Source: Phaeosaccion multiseriatum
Lineage: Eukaryota > Protista > Ochrophyta, other classes
DNA length: 64,000 nucleotides
Assembly: GCA_965112735.1 (NCBI GenBank)
Contig: OZ218955.1
Span: forward strand, 620,001-684,000
Direction: 5' to 3'
In this document: piece by piece, positions 25,148 to 35,774 of the stretch
Numbering within the stretch: the first letter of the stretch is position 1
Layout of the letters: each line of letters opens with the position of its first letter
Notes under the pieces: model-generated
The model's database searches: none
Told to the model about the DNA's origin: nothing
The model's input: only the letters and a program-made list of their open reading frames with translations
Program-made: the position numbers and the translations under genes

Positions 25148-25500
25148 CTCTGAGAGAGAGGTAAGAGAGAGGGAGGAGAGAGAGAGAGAGAGAGCTCTGA
25201 GAGAGAGGTAAGAGAGAGGGAGGAGAGAGAGAGAGAGAGCTCTGAGAGAGAGGTAAGAGAGAGCTCTGAGAGAGAGAGAGAGAGAGAGAGAGAGCTCTGA
25301 GAGAGAGGTAAGAGAGAGGGAGGAGAGAGAGCTTGAAGTTCTGTGGCACTCATCGCCGTAAGTAGCCTTCCTCACCTCTCAGCGTCGCCATATGTGGGCC
25401 CTAGGCGTTGGTGGTACGCCTCTGCCGCCTCCTGCGTGTCCTGTGGGCCCCTGGCGTAAACTTGGCCCGCCGGCTCCTGGAAGCCTCCTCCTACCCCTCC

Positions 25501-25550
<50 letters not shown>

Positions 25551-28461
25551 CTCCTCCTCCTCCTCCTCCTCCTCCTCCTCCTCGTCGTCGTCCTCCTCCT
25601 TCCCTATCTCCTCCTCCATACTGAGGCTGATGCATCCGCTGTTGTTCCCACTGCTGCCACTGCTGCCAATGCTCTCGTTGTTGCTGCTGCTGTTGCTGCT
25701 TGTGCTGCTGCTGCTGCTGCCACGCTAGCATATCATCGTACTGTCGCTGCTGCTGCTGCTGCTGCTGTACCACCAATTGCTGGTGGTGCTGCTGCTGTAC
25801 CGATGGCCCTTGGTCCTCATCATTCCCCCACCTGCGCTCCATGCGCTGGCGGCACTGCTCCCCTTGCTTCACGTCTTGGTCATACAAAAGGGGCCGGGCG
25901 GTGTTCGCCGGAGACTCCTGCTTGGGAGCGCTGCTGCTGCCTTTGGCGGGGCCCCTCTTCCCCTTCCTGCCTTTCTCGGCCTTGCTGAACCCGTTCGTAG
26001 TTCTCGCCCGGCCCAGGCCAGGGAGAGTCCCCTTGGCGTAAGGAGGACGCGGGCGTTGTCGCAGTCCAACCTCGTGCTCGTCCACCCCCCCCCCCCCCTC
26101 CTCCCCCTCGCCCTTCGTCACGTCTCTGCCGAACTCATCCACCTCAATCTCAGCGTATCCATACCACTTCTTGCGCTTGAGGGCCCTTTCTCTCTCCTGC
26201 TCTCTCTTCCTCTTCTTCTTCTTCTCCTCCTCCTCCTCTGCATGTGGATCCTCCTCATCTAACTCCTTCTCCCCACAGAAAATGTCATCCTCGTCCTCCT
26301 CCTCGCCCCCCTCCTCCGCTTCAGCCTCCTCCTTACATGTTAATTCGTCATCATCACCCTCTGGTGATAGCGATCTCGCCCCCTTTCCACCACCGTACCC
26401 ACGAGGGGATGGAGCACCCATCTTCATCCTCTTCGTGGCCTCAGCGTAGATTGGGTCCCGTCCCTTCGCTACCTTGTTGGATCCTCCCTCTTTGGCTCTG
26501 CCCCTTGCGCCCGCGCTCCCACCGCCTCGGCTCCCGCTCCCCCCGCCCCGGCCCCTACCACGTTTTCTCCAAGCGGCCAAAGTACGCTTCGCGCTCCTCC
26601 TTGTGTGATCTCCCGCAGCTGCCTTGTTGTCCGCCGCAAGCTTGCGAGCCGCGGCCATGACGATGGACGAAATCAGAACCTTGCCGCCAATCCTGTTCTT
26701 CATGCCGCCCGTCTCCACACAATCGGGGCAGTACCAGCTGTCAGCTAGCGTCTGTAGGTCTAGCGTGGCCTTTGCAACGGCCGAGGGAAGACAGTCCCGA
26801 TGCCACTCGGAGCCACACTTCTGACAAGAGTGGCAAGGGCGATCTGGGTCGAAAGTCTTGCACTTAAAGCACTCTGGTGGCGGTGGTTTATCTCTCCTCT
26901 GCAGTACCTCCACCTTCTCTTCCTCCTCCTCCTCCTCCTCCTCCTCCTCCTCCTGCTCCTCTTCTTCCTCCTCCTCCTCCTCCTCCTCCTCCTCCTCCTC
27001 CTCCTCCTCCTCCTCATCATCATCCTCCTCCTCCTCAGGGTCAGCGCTGTACTCGCCTTGGTCCTTTCTGATGCTCTGTTGTCCCGACAATATTACCCCG
27101 TGGGGCATCCCTCTGTCCTTCCTCACTCTCTCCCCTCTCAGCACCATCCACTCGTGCGGAAAGTTCAGACGTGCGGCATTTCCATGTATCTCCACTGACT
27201 TGGTGTCGTAGGCTCGCGCTGCTTCCACCTTCGGTGCGTGGTGGGGAAGAGAGAGAGCGAGCGAGCGAGTGAGCGAGGGGGGAGGGAGACATACAGGCAG
27301 GGTTGGGGGGAGGGAGGAAGATAGGAAACCTGAAAGACGGAAGGGAAGTTCATTCGGGACACACCAGTACTAATTCTACTTCTCCTTTGCATGCAGACGG
27401 AAAGGGGCCCAATGATCTCAACCTGGAAACTGGGACTGAGGTCTGAGTCAACCTAACGAGCACCGAGCACGTACCGGTGAGTCGAACCTGCCCGCGCTGA
27501 CCTCCCCGCCGGATTTTCCCTTCCATACGCGCGCTACCCATCTCCCGCTCTCAGTGGGCGTCACTCCCCGGTACTTACGCTGCCGCTTCACCTGACCAGT
27601 GCAGGAGGGAGGAATACAGAGTCAGTTGCAAGGTCCTTCTCGATCGGTGCTTTCTGCACTCACCCTCCCTTCCTCCCTATCCCTCTCCCTCCCTCTCGCT
27701 CCCTCCCCCCCCCCCTCCCTCTCTCCTTCCCTCCCTCCCTCCCTAGCGTATACACTCACCTTCTTCTTGGGGCCTGCCGTCGCCGCCGCCGCCGCCGCAG
27801 CCTCCTCCGCCGCTTTGGACGACTTTTCGCACTCTCCGCAGAACCACTCCCCCTCCGGCACTGCCAACAGAGGGGGAGAGAGGCAGTCCAGGTGGTACTC
27901 CTCGTCGCATCCGTCGCACAGCAACAGCGGTCGCTTGGGCTCCTGCATGCCCCCGCACACCTGACAACCCTCCGCCTCTGTGTAGGATACGCTTGCCGCG
28001 TGTGCCGCGACACCACCTACATTGGTCTTCTTTCCTCCTCCTGCTGCTGCTGCTCCTGCTCCGCCGCCTTTTCCGCCAGTGCTGGCTTTGGTTTTGGCCT
28101 GGGTCTTGTCCTTGCTCTTGAGGCCAAGGCTTCCCTTGGGTCTGCCCGGGCGCTTGCTCGCGTTGTTCTTGCCCAAGCTGCCCTTCGGTCTGCCCCTGCC
28201 TCTCTTAACAGGCTCGGCAGCTTCTGGCTCCATTGCCGCCCGTACCTTTGGTGACTGCTTCCGCGCTCGATGCACCATCGCTGCTGCAGCCACCTCCCTC
28301 CACCTCCCTCTGCAAACCCCGATCAAACCCCCCCCCGCTCTACAGAGGCCAAAAACTTTCTCGGAAATATATGTATACGCCCCCGCCGCTGCCCCGTGCT
28401 GTCCAGCCCCCTGTCTAGGTTTTAGCAAGAAAGCAGCGCCGTGGCGCTTTTTCTGAGACAT
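23443..28461 (-). CDS. Chromatin/transcription regulator: AT-hooks + PHD + AP2/ERF domain + second PHD-like finger (approx. exons 28461-27760, 27591-27476, 27228-25375, 24833-23443)
   Basis: KRGRGRPKGS and RPGRPKGS AT-hooks; CQVC...LLLCDGCDEEYHLDCLSPPLLAVPEGEWFCGEC; AP2 rebuilt across an intron, KYRGVTPTESGRWVARVWKGKSGGEVSAGRFDSP|VEAARAYDTKSVEIHGNAARLNFP (first half is absent from the ORF track); CFKC...CQKCGSEWHRDC...WYCPDC. Linkage of the last exon is less certain. Confidence 0.85.
25105..25332. repeat. Higher-order (GA)-rich repeat (unit gagagctctgagagagaggtaagaga...), intronic
   Basis: About five gagctctgagagagag units separated by (GA)n. Confidence 0.85.
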
Positions 28462-30331
28462 TGAAAACAAGCAGCAGTACAGGAGTAACAGCAGCAGCAA
28501 CAGAGGAGACGGAGCGGAGATGGGGGAAAGAGAAAAAACAGAGCGTTCCCGGGGGATGGAGAGAGGCAGAAGGAAGGAAACAAAAAAATGGTAGGAAGGA
28601 TGAGTGGATGATAATACGGGCTCCATGCCCTCTAGCAGAGCTCGGCGAGGCAATTAGCAGAGGGCATGCGGGAGATGAGAAAAGGTAAAATTGGGTAGAA
28701 ACAAGAAACACCGGAAAAAGAAGAGGAGCGGCAGCAGCAAATGCGTTACAAAGGCAGCCGCCGCAGCAGCAGCAGCAGCAGCAGCAGGAGGAGGAGCAGC
28801 AGCAGCATGTATACAAGGAGAAGGGGCACATCACTATCCACACACTCTAAAAGACCTGTGCTGCGGCTGCTGGTAGACTTCAAAATTCTCAAGCGGGGCG
28901 GGGGTGAGAGCGGCTGAGAATGGAGGTGCTTTCCATCGCACATAAAAGAATGGGTTTATCTTCATAAACCTCCTGCCCCCTCCCCCCCCCTCCTCAGCAG
29001 GACGGCCTACGAAACAAATATAATGGGGAGGAACGTGGGACGGCGGCACCTTTCCCCAAATCCCTGCTGCGACCACTCACACTGCTTCTCTTCTTCTACA
29101 CACCATCCTCAATGACACCATCGTGACTCGTCCTGTGCTGCTGCTGCTGCTCTTGGCTGTCCTGTTCCCTCCCGCTCTGACTTACCTCCCTTTGCTTCCT
29201 TGTGTTGCTCTCCCTTTCCCCCCTCTTTTGAACGGGGTGTCTTGAAGCTTGTGTGTGGGTTGGTTTACGGAGTATATCGCATAAGGGGCAGTAGAGGTGA
29301 TGCTAAAGAGGAATTGACTTCTCCCTTTTTCTCTCTTCTCTGCTTTTCTTTCTTCTCTTATTAATCCACCCCTTGTCTGATTCCGCACTGGGAGGCTATC
29401 GAATCAACTCCCCCCCGGGGTTTTTGGCGGACGAGGCGAGTCAGGGCAGCCAGAAAGAGTGTCATGTTTGGCGCCACACAAGGAAGGGGAGCACTGGCCG
29501 CAGCAACACAGGTTGGGCACAGATAGAGTAAATTTAGCGGGCCCTGCTCTCGCGGCCGTTGCTCAGCAGAATGGAAGAGCGGCCGGGGGATGAAAAAGAA
29601 GCTATGATGGAAATTTAAGGGAAAGGGAAAGGCAAGGCAAAGGGAGTGGAGACGCCCCCCCCTCTCCCTTCTACTATCTTCTTCGCATGCTTGCCGAGTT
29701 CCTACCTCCTCCTGGGGAGAAGAGAGAAAGATCCAGCTATGTTTGCTCTGGTGCTGCTGCTGGTGCGGAGCGTGGTGAGAGGCGTTGTGGGACGCAAAGA
29801 ATTTTCTCTCCCAGTCTCCTCCCGCTTTCCTGCTTTTCTTCCCTGAGTCCCACACCTTCCTCTCCGGGCAACACAGCCTGGCAGAACGCCAGTCCTAGGG
29901 ATGAAAGGAGGGGAAGAGGTTATCTTTCTCTCTTCTCCACGGAATTAATTTAATTCCAAAGAAAGTGATGAGTGCACAGGGGATATGTAGCATTCCTCCC
30001 CCCCCCTTTCGCCCGTGGTAAATTTATCCAAGCCGATACATGCGCACACGCTGCTGCCCTCCTCCTCCCCCCTTCTTCAAGATTTATTGGCTTTTATCGA
30101 ATCGATGAAGAATCTATCGACCGTATGTGGTCACAAATTGGAACCCAAACTTTCCTAGGATTATCGCGAAATAGGGAAGGGAGGGAAGGGAAAGAAAGAA
30201 GAGCTTGAAGCGGCTTGGAGTGGAAGTGATGGACCAGGGTGGAAGCCCCATAAGCTTCAGGGCCGTACACTAATTGCATTTTGCATTAAAAACCCCTGTT
30301 GGATATCCCCCCCTGTTGGGGGCCTTCCACA

Positions 30332-31137
30332 ATGACGGGCACGCCCCAAGCAGATCGCGAGAGGGTCCTGGCTTCGGCCGCTGCCACCACAGAGGCCACG
30401 GAGCGATGGCAGCGACACTTGAAGTCCGAAGAGCTCGTCAGCACCACCGCGCCAGTAGCCCCTGCTGCCCCTGAGGGGCCCAAGAAGACCCTGGACCCAA
30501 CGCTGACACCGAAGGGAACCGAGAGGCGTTTGCTCTCGCAGTCGACCAGAGAGGCTCGAAGGGGGGACACAGGAGTTTCACGAGAAGAAGAAGGAGAGGC
30601 AGGAGCGACAGCAGCGCCCTCATCAGCCACGGCCCAAATTGAGGAGGGAGGAGGGGCGGCATTTGGATCAGCCCCGGCCGTCGTTGAGACGCAAGGGCAG
30701 ACGTTGACTAGCTACTCCATGGCCTCCCTCCTCCTCTCACGGTCACGAGACCAGGACGACCTCGTGGAACTATATACCAGTGCCTCTGTGCAAGGCCCTG
30801 ACGAGGAGGGCACTGCTAGCAATATTGAGGCCGCGAGACGACAGTCCAACGCGGAAGGAGAAGGACCGGCCGCGAGGGGGAAGGACGCCGCCGCTGCACA
30901 AAGCGGGCAGGGAGGGGACGCCAGCCCGGAAGACTCCTTGTCGCCCTTACCGTTCTTCCCCTCACTAGCGCTGTGGGGTCTAAAGAAGCCCTCAGGACAA
31001 CCGAGAAGGCGCACTCCAGGCCCCATGGTGGGACAAGGGACCGGCGGTGCCGCGGGATTCAAACAACAAAAGCGGAAGCAGGAGCATCAGAAGCAGCAGG
31101 ATAAGCAGCAGCCGGAGGAGCAGCGGTATCAGCAGCG

Positions 31138-31173
<36 letters not shown>

Positions 31174-34100
31174 TCAGGAGCTTCAACATCAGGCGCGGCA
31201 ACAGCAGAAGGAGCATCATCAGCAGAAACCGCAGGAGAAGCAGCCGAATCTGCAGCCGAAGAGGAGAGTGAAGGAGGAGGGAAAGGGGGAGGTAGGAGGG
31301 TCCCTGGTGGGAAGGAGCGAGAGTCAGAAGCCGCCCCCCGCCGCTGTCCCTGCCGAGAACAGGGGCCTGGGGCAGCGACAGCTTATCCGTAGCGGCGGAG
31401 GCGTCGCTGCCAGTACTAGCGGAGGCACCATCGTAGGCCTAGAAGGCCTCCGCAGTAGCAGGGACAGTAGCGCTACAGCGAGGGACATGGGCGGCGAGGG
31501 AGACGAGTCTGAGAGTGTCTTGAGTGGAAGTAGCAGGTCCACTCTGTCCAGCACCATCAGCAGCACTCTTGCCAGCAGCACCCTCAGTAGCAGCGTGGGC
31601 AGCAGCCTCCTCGGTGTGGGCCTAGCCGCCTCCGGAGGGCAGGAAACAGCGGGCGTAAGAGCGGCGATGGAATGGAACTCGAGGTACCCCAGGAAGAATC
31701 AGGAGCAGGCTGCCCTCCCCAGCGGCTCGCAAAGGGCCGAGGGGAAGGAGCAGCAGCTGCAGCAGATCCACCCGTCGCTATCAGTGCATACAGGAGGGAC
31801 GACGACAGACGTGGGAGGCCGGGCGAGGACTGTGAGCAGCAGCACCAAGAGGGGGCCCCAGGACTATGCTTATCGAGGGTACGTGGGCGCGTGGGACGTG
31901 TGCATTCGGCCTCGCCATCTGTTGGAGGGCCATGAGGTGTACGTGCTCTAGGTTGCGCAGGGCTTGCGGATTGCGCACGCCCACGCCCGTACGCAGGGGT
32001 GGAGACAAAGGGGCACAGCAGCGCTGAATTGTCTGTTTGCTCTCCCCCCTTTTCTCTCCCTCTCTCCCTCTATCTCTATCTCTCTCCCTTTCTCTGTTGT
32101 CTCTCTCTCCCTCTCACCCCCCCTCTCCCCCTCCCTCTCCCTCTCCCTTTCTCTCTCACACGCACACTCTCTATCCCGTTCGCAGCACTACCCTGAAGGC
32201 AGCGTGCCTGTCTGGCGACGTCCCCCTGGCGACCATGCTGTATTACCAAGGCGTGGACGACGGAGTGGATATGTTCCAGCCCGACAAGGACGGCTGCACA
32301 GTGCTGCATTACGCGGCGCAGAGTCCGAGCACGGTACGTAACGGTCTTACGAAACCGCGTGTGCTCTCTCTTTTCTCCCCTCTCTCTCACCGCGCTGCCT
32401 CATCGCGTGCGTACTCAGCGTCTGAATGCAGTGGCAGAGCTCTTGTCTGCCTGTCCGGGTTGAAGGCTCGTGAATAGCCACGGTAGGCTCTGCGATCCCT
32501 CCCTTCCCTCCGTCCCTCCTTCCCATTCGACAATTCTCGAACTAATCTCACTGCAAAAACCCATGAATCATGTATTCATATTCCAAATGGCATGAATGAA
32601 TGAATGCACAACATGCGCAGGAACTGGTGTCAATGCTGATGGACAAGTGGGAAGGCAGCAGACGGCCGCCCGCTACGCACGACGACGAGGACGACAACAT
32701 TAGTGTGGCGACAAGCATCGTCAACACTCGCAACAAGGCAGGGGACACGGCTTTGCTCTTCGCAGCTGCTACAGGCAACATTGGTGTGATGCAGAGCCTC
32801 ATCCTCCGGAATGCCTCCGTGTTTGTCACAGACAGCAGAAACCGGTCTCTGGTGCACAACGCCGCTCGATTTGGGCACGGGTGGGCGGTGTTGTGGGTTA
32901 TTGAGCGCATTCGTCGTGAGTGTGGGGCCGCCTTTAACACCTTCGGGGCGGGGGGTGGTGGCGTAAGGGCAGCAACGGAGGGCATGACTGAGCAGAGCCG
33001 CCATCGGATGCTGCTCGCGCTGTACAGCAGAGATGTGGACGGGCACTCTGCGCTTGACTATGCAGCCATGGGGGGCCATCTGCTCGTGGTGCGGCTGCTA
33101 CTGAGGGAGGGTTGGGACCCCTATTCCAAGAGCGTTACTACCAAGCGAACAGCCCTGCACTGGGCGGCGTACTACGAGCGGGTTGAAGTGTGCAGGTGAG
33201 TGAGTGAGTGAGTGAGTGAGTGAGTGAGTGAGTGAGTGAGTGAGTGAGTGAGTGAGTGAGAGGGTTCACGAGTGAGGGAGGTGGGTCGATGAGTGGGTTA
33301 GGGAGTGAGTAAGTAATGGAGGTGGGTGGGTGGTTGAGTGGATGGATGAGTGAGTGAGTATGAATGAAATGAATGGCATGCATACTGAAGACTATCGGTA
33401 AGGGAAGTATATTTCGGAGAGAGGAGCTCTCCCCTTGCCTTCCCTTCTTTCCTGTTGTGTCTCGAAATCCTCACGCAATCCCCTTGTTGCCTCATCTGTC
33501 CGTTCCTATTCACACGTGGCCCATCCATAATTCACACTACTGCGTACCGCTCCCCTTGTTCGCTCGTCCATTTGCTCATTTGTGTCGTGTCTGCACCCCA
33601 CGGACGCACAGATATCTCATGGGACTCGGGCTCAAGGCCAAGGGTCTCGGTGTGGGAGACAGCAGCGGCCAAACCCCGCTGGACTACGCCGCGTCAAAGC
33701 AGCACAGGAGCCACCACAAGAGGAGGAGGAGCAGCGCAGGAACCAGCGGCATAGCCGGCATGCCCCCCGACGGCAGCAGTCATATGGGCAGCAATAAGGA
33801 GCTACAGAGGGTGCTTCGGACCACCCGTCGGGTGTCGGCAGGCTTGGGGGGCATAGACACGCTGTGGGGTACGAGCCGTTATCATCAAGACCACCCCGAG
33901 GAGAGCCACTATCCCGACCCTTCTTCCTCTTCTGGTGCTGCAGCTGCTGCCGCTGCTGCTGCTGTGGCGGATGGGGCGGGCACAGGCAGGGAAGCAAGAG
34001 CAGCAACGCGGGCAGCAAGGACGTGGAATAGGAGAGGAGGTCATCCGAGTAGGGGGGGCAGCGGCGGCAGTACTGGCGCGCCGTTGTGGGAGGGGTGGGA

Positions 34101-35728
34101 GGAGACTCGCGGGTCGGAGAGAGGGAGGGAGCGGATACGCAGCAAGACGGCGGCGGACAAGGAGAAGGAGGCTGGGGGGGGCGGGGGGGGTCTCTCCAAC
34201 ATCCTCGGTGGTGGTGGTGGTGGTGGTGGGGGGGGGGGGGCGTGGTGATGGACCTGCGCCTTCTGCTGCTGGGCGGAGCCACCGGGGCATGATGCCGGAG
34301 TTTCTGGCTGCGCTCTCCCAGAAGCCTTCCGGAGCAGCCTTGGGAGGGGTTCTGAGCGACGATGAGGAGGATGACCAACAGGGGCCCTTCTGGGCTGTGG
34401 CTTCTTCCTTCGGTGATAAAACCCCCAGTGCGCGATCGGTGAGGTCGGTGGGGTCGGTGCTGTCGCCCTTCGGAGGCCTCCCTGCTGCCTCGCCGTCTGG
34501 TCCTGCGGGGGGGGGCAGGGAGAAGATCACACAACATAAATATCCGGATAGAGATGAAAGGGCGTTGTCGCCTCCTCAGCAGCAGCAGTTGGAGCAGTGG
34601 CGGCGAAAGGGGGGCGAGGCGAGGGGCGACTCAAAGGAGGAAGAGGGCAGGGGCCTGGGCGGTGCGTTTGAAAGCAACTTCACCACCACCTCCTCTGCGC
34701 TGCGAGGCCAGGAAGCTATGGAAGAGCTGTTTCAGAGCAGCCTTGCAGAGGCAGAAGCCTCCATGCCTCTCCCCAGACGGCTCAATCAGCCCCGCCTATG
34801 GGTCGTGCTGACTGTGTCATTGTCGCTCTGGGTGCTGTGGGCGGCGGCGTTTTGGGTGTCGTGGGTGTACTGGCTCGCTGTGGTGGTCGTTGGTGGTGGG
34901 ATTTTCTACAAGCAAGTGGTGAAGAGGGTGCAGGCGAGCGAGAGTGAAAGAGTCCGCCTGGATGACGTCGCAAGGACTGCAGCGGCCTTTACTGGAGTAC
35001 CAACAGGCGGGACAGGGCTGCCACCAAGTGTTGCGCAGCTGCCCACCACAGGAGGCGGTGGCTCTGGCATTGACGGTATTGGTGGTAGCGTTAGTGCTGC
35101 TGAAGCGGCAGGAGGACGGACTGGAGGGGCAGACGGGTTGGCACCCAATTGGCACAATGGTAGCAGTGGCAGGCCCAAGGGCTTCTTGGCCACTCTAGTC
35201 ACGGCCGCGGAGAAGGTTATGGCAGCTTGGCTTGGGCTGATGCTGTGCTTTGGCTCATGGATACTGCTAACGGCCCTTCGACTAGAGGGGACAGACGATC
35301 TCAAGACGGGTGAGGGAGAGAGGGATGGACAGGGAGGGAGCGAGGGAGGGAGGGACAGAGAGGCAGTGAGGGAGGGAGGGAGGGACTTTGAAGAGAAGAG
35401 ACATTACGGAGTGGTGTATATGCACGTACAGGAGAGAGGCGACAGGGAGGGAGGGAGGGAGGGAGGGAGGGAGGGAGGGAGGGAGGGAGGGGAGGGGAGG
35501 GGGAATATGCCCTTCACGCTCTCGAGGATCCTCACCCTCCTCCTCCCACTCTCTGCAACCCTACCGCCCTCTTGTTGTTGTTGTTGTTGTTGTTGTTGCT
35601 GTTGTTGTTGTTGTTGTTGTTGCTGTTGTTGTTGTTGTTATTGTTGTTGTTGTTGTTGTTGTTGTTATTGTTGTTGTTGTTGTTGTTGTTGTTGCCGTTG
35701 TTGTTATTGCTGTTGCTGTTGTTATTGC

Positions 35729-35774
<46 letters not shown>

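Noticed and set aside
27575-27591. 13-nt micro-exon ending at GTAAGT in the PHD-AP2 gene
   Set aside because: Reading through gives RKYRGV...W...F, the first half of the AP2 domain, so the exon is longer.
28500-30300. Short ORFs or ncRNA in the divergent intergenic region
   Set aside because: No recognisable domain, tRNA/rRNA motif or convincing structure.
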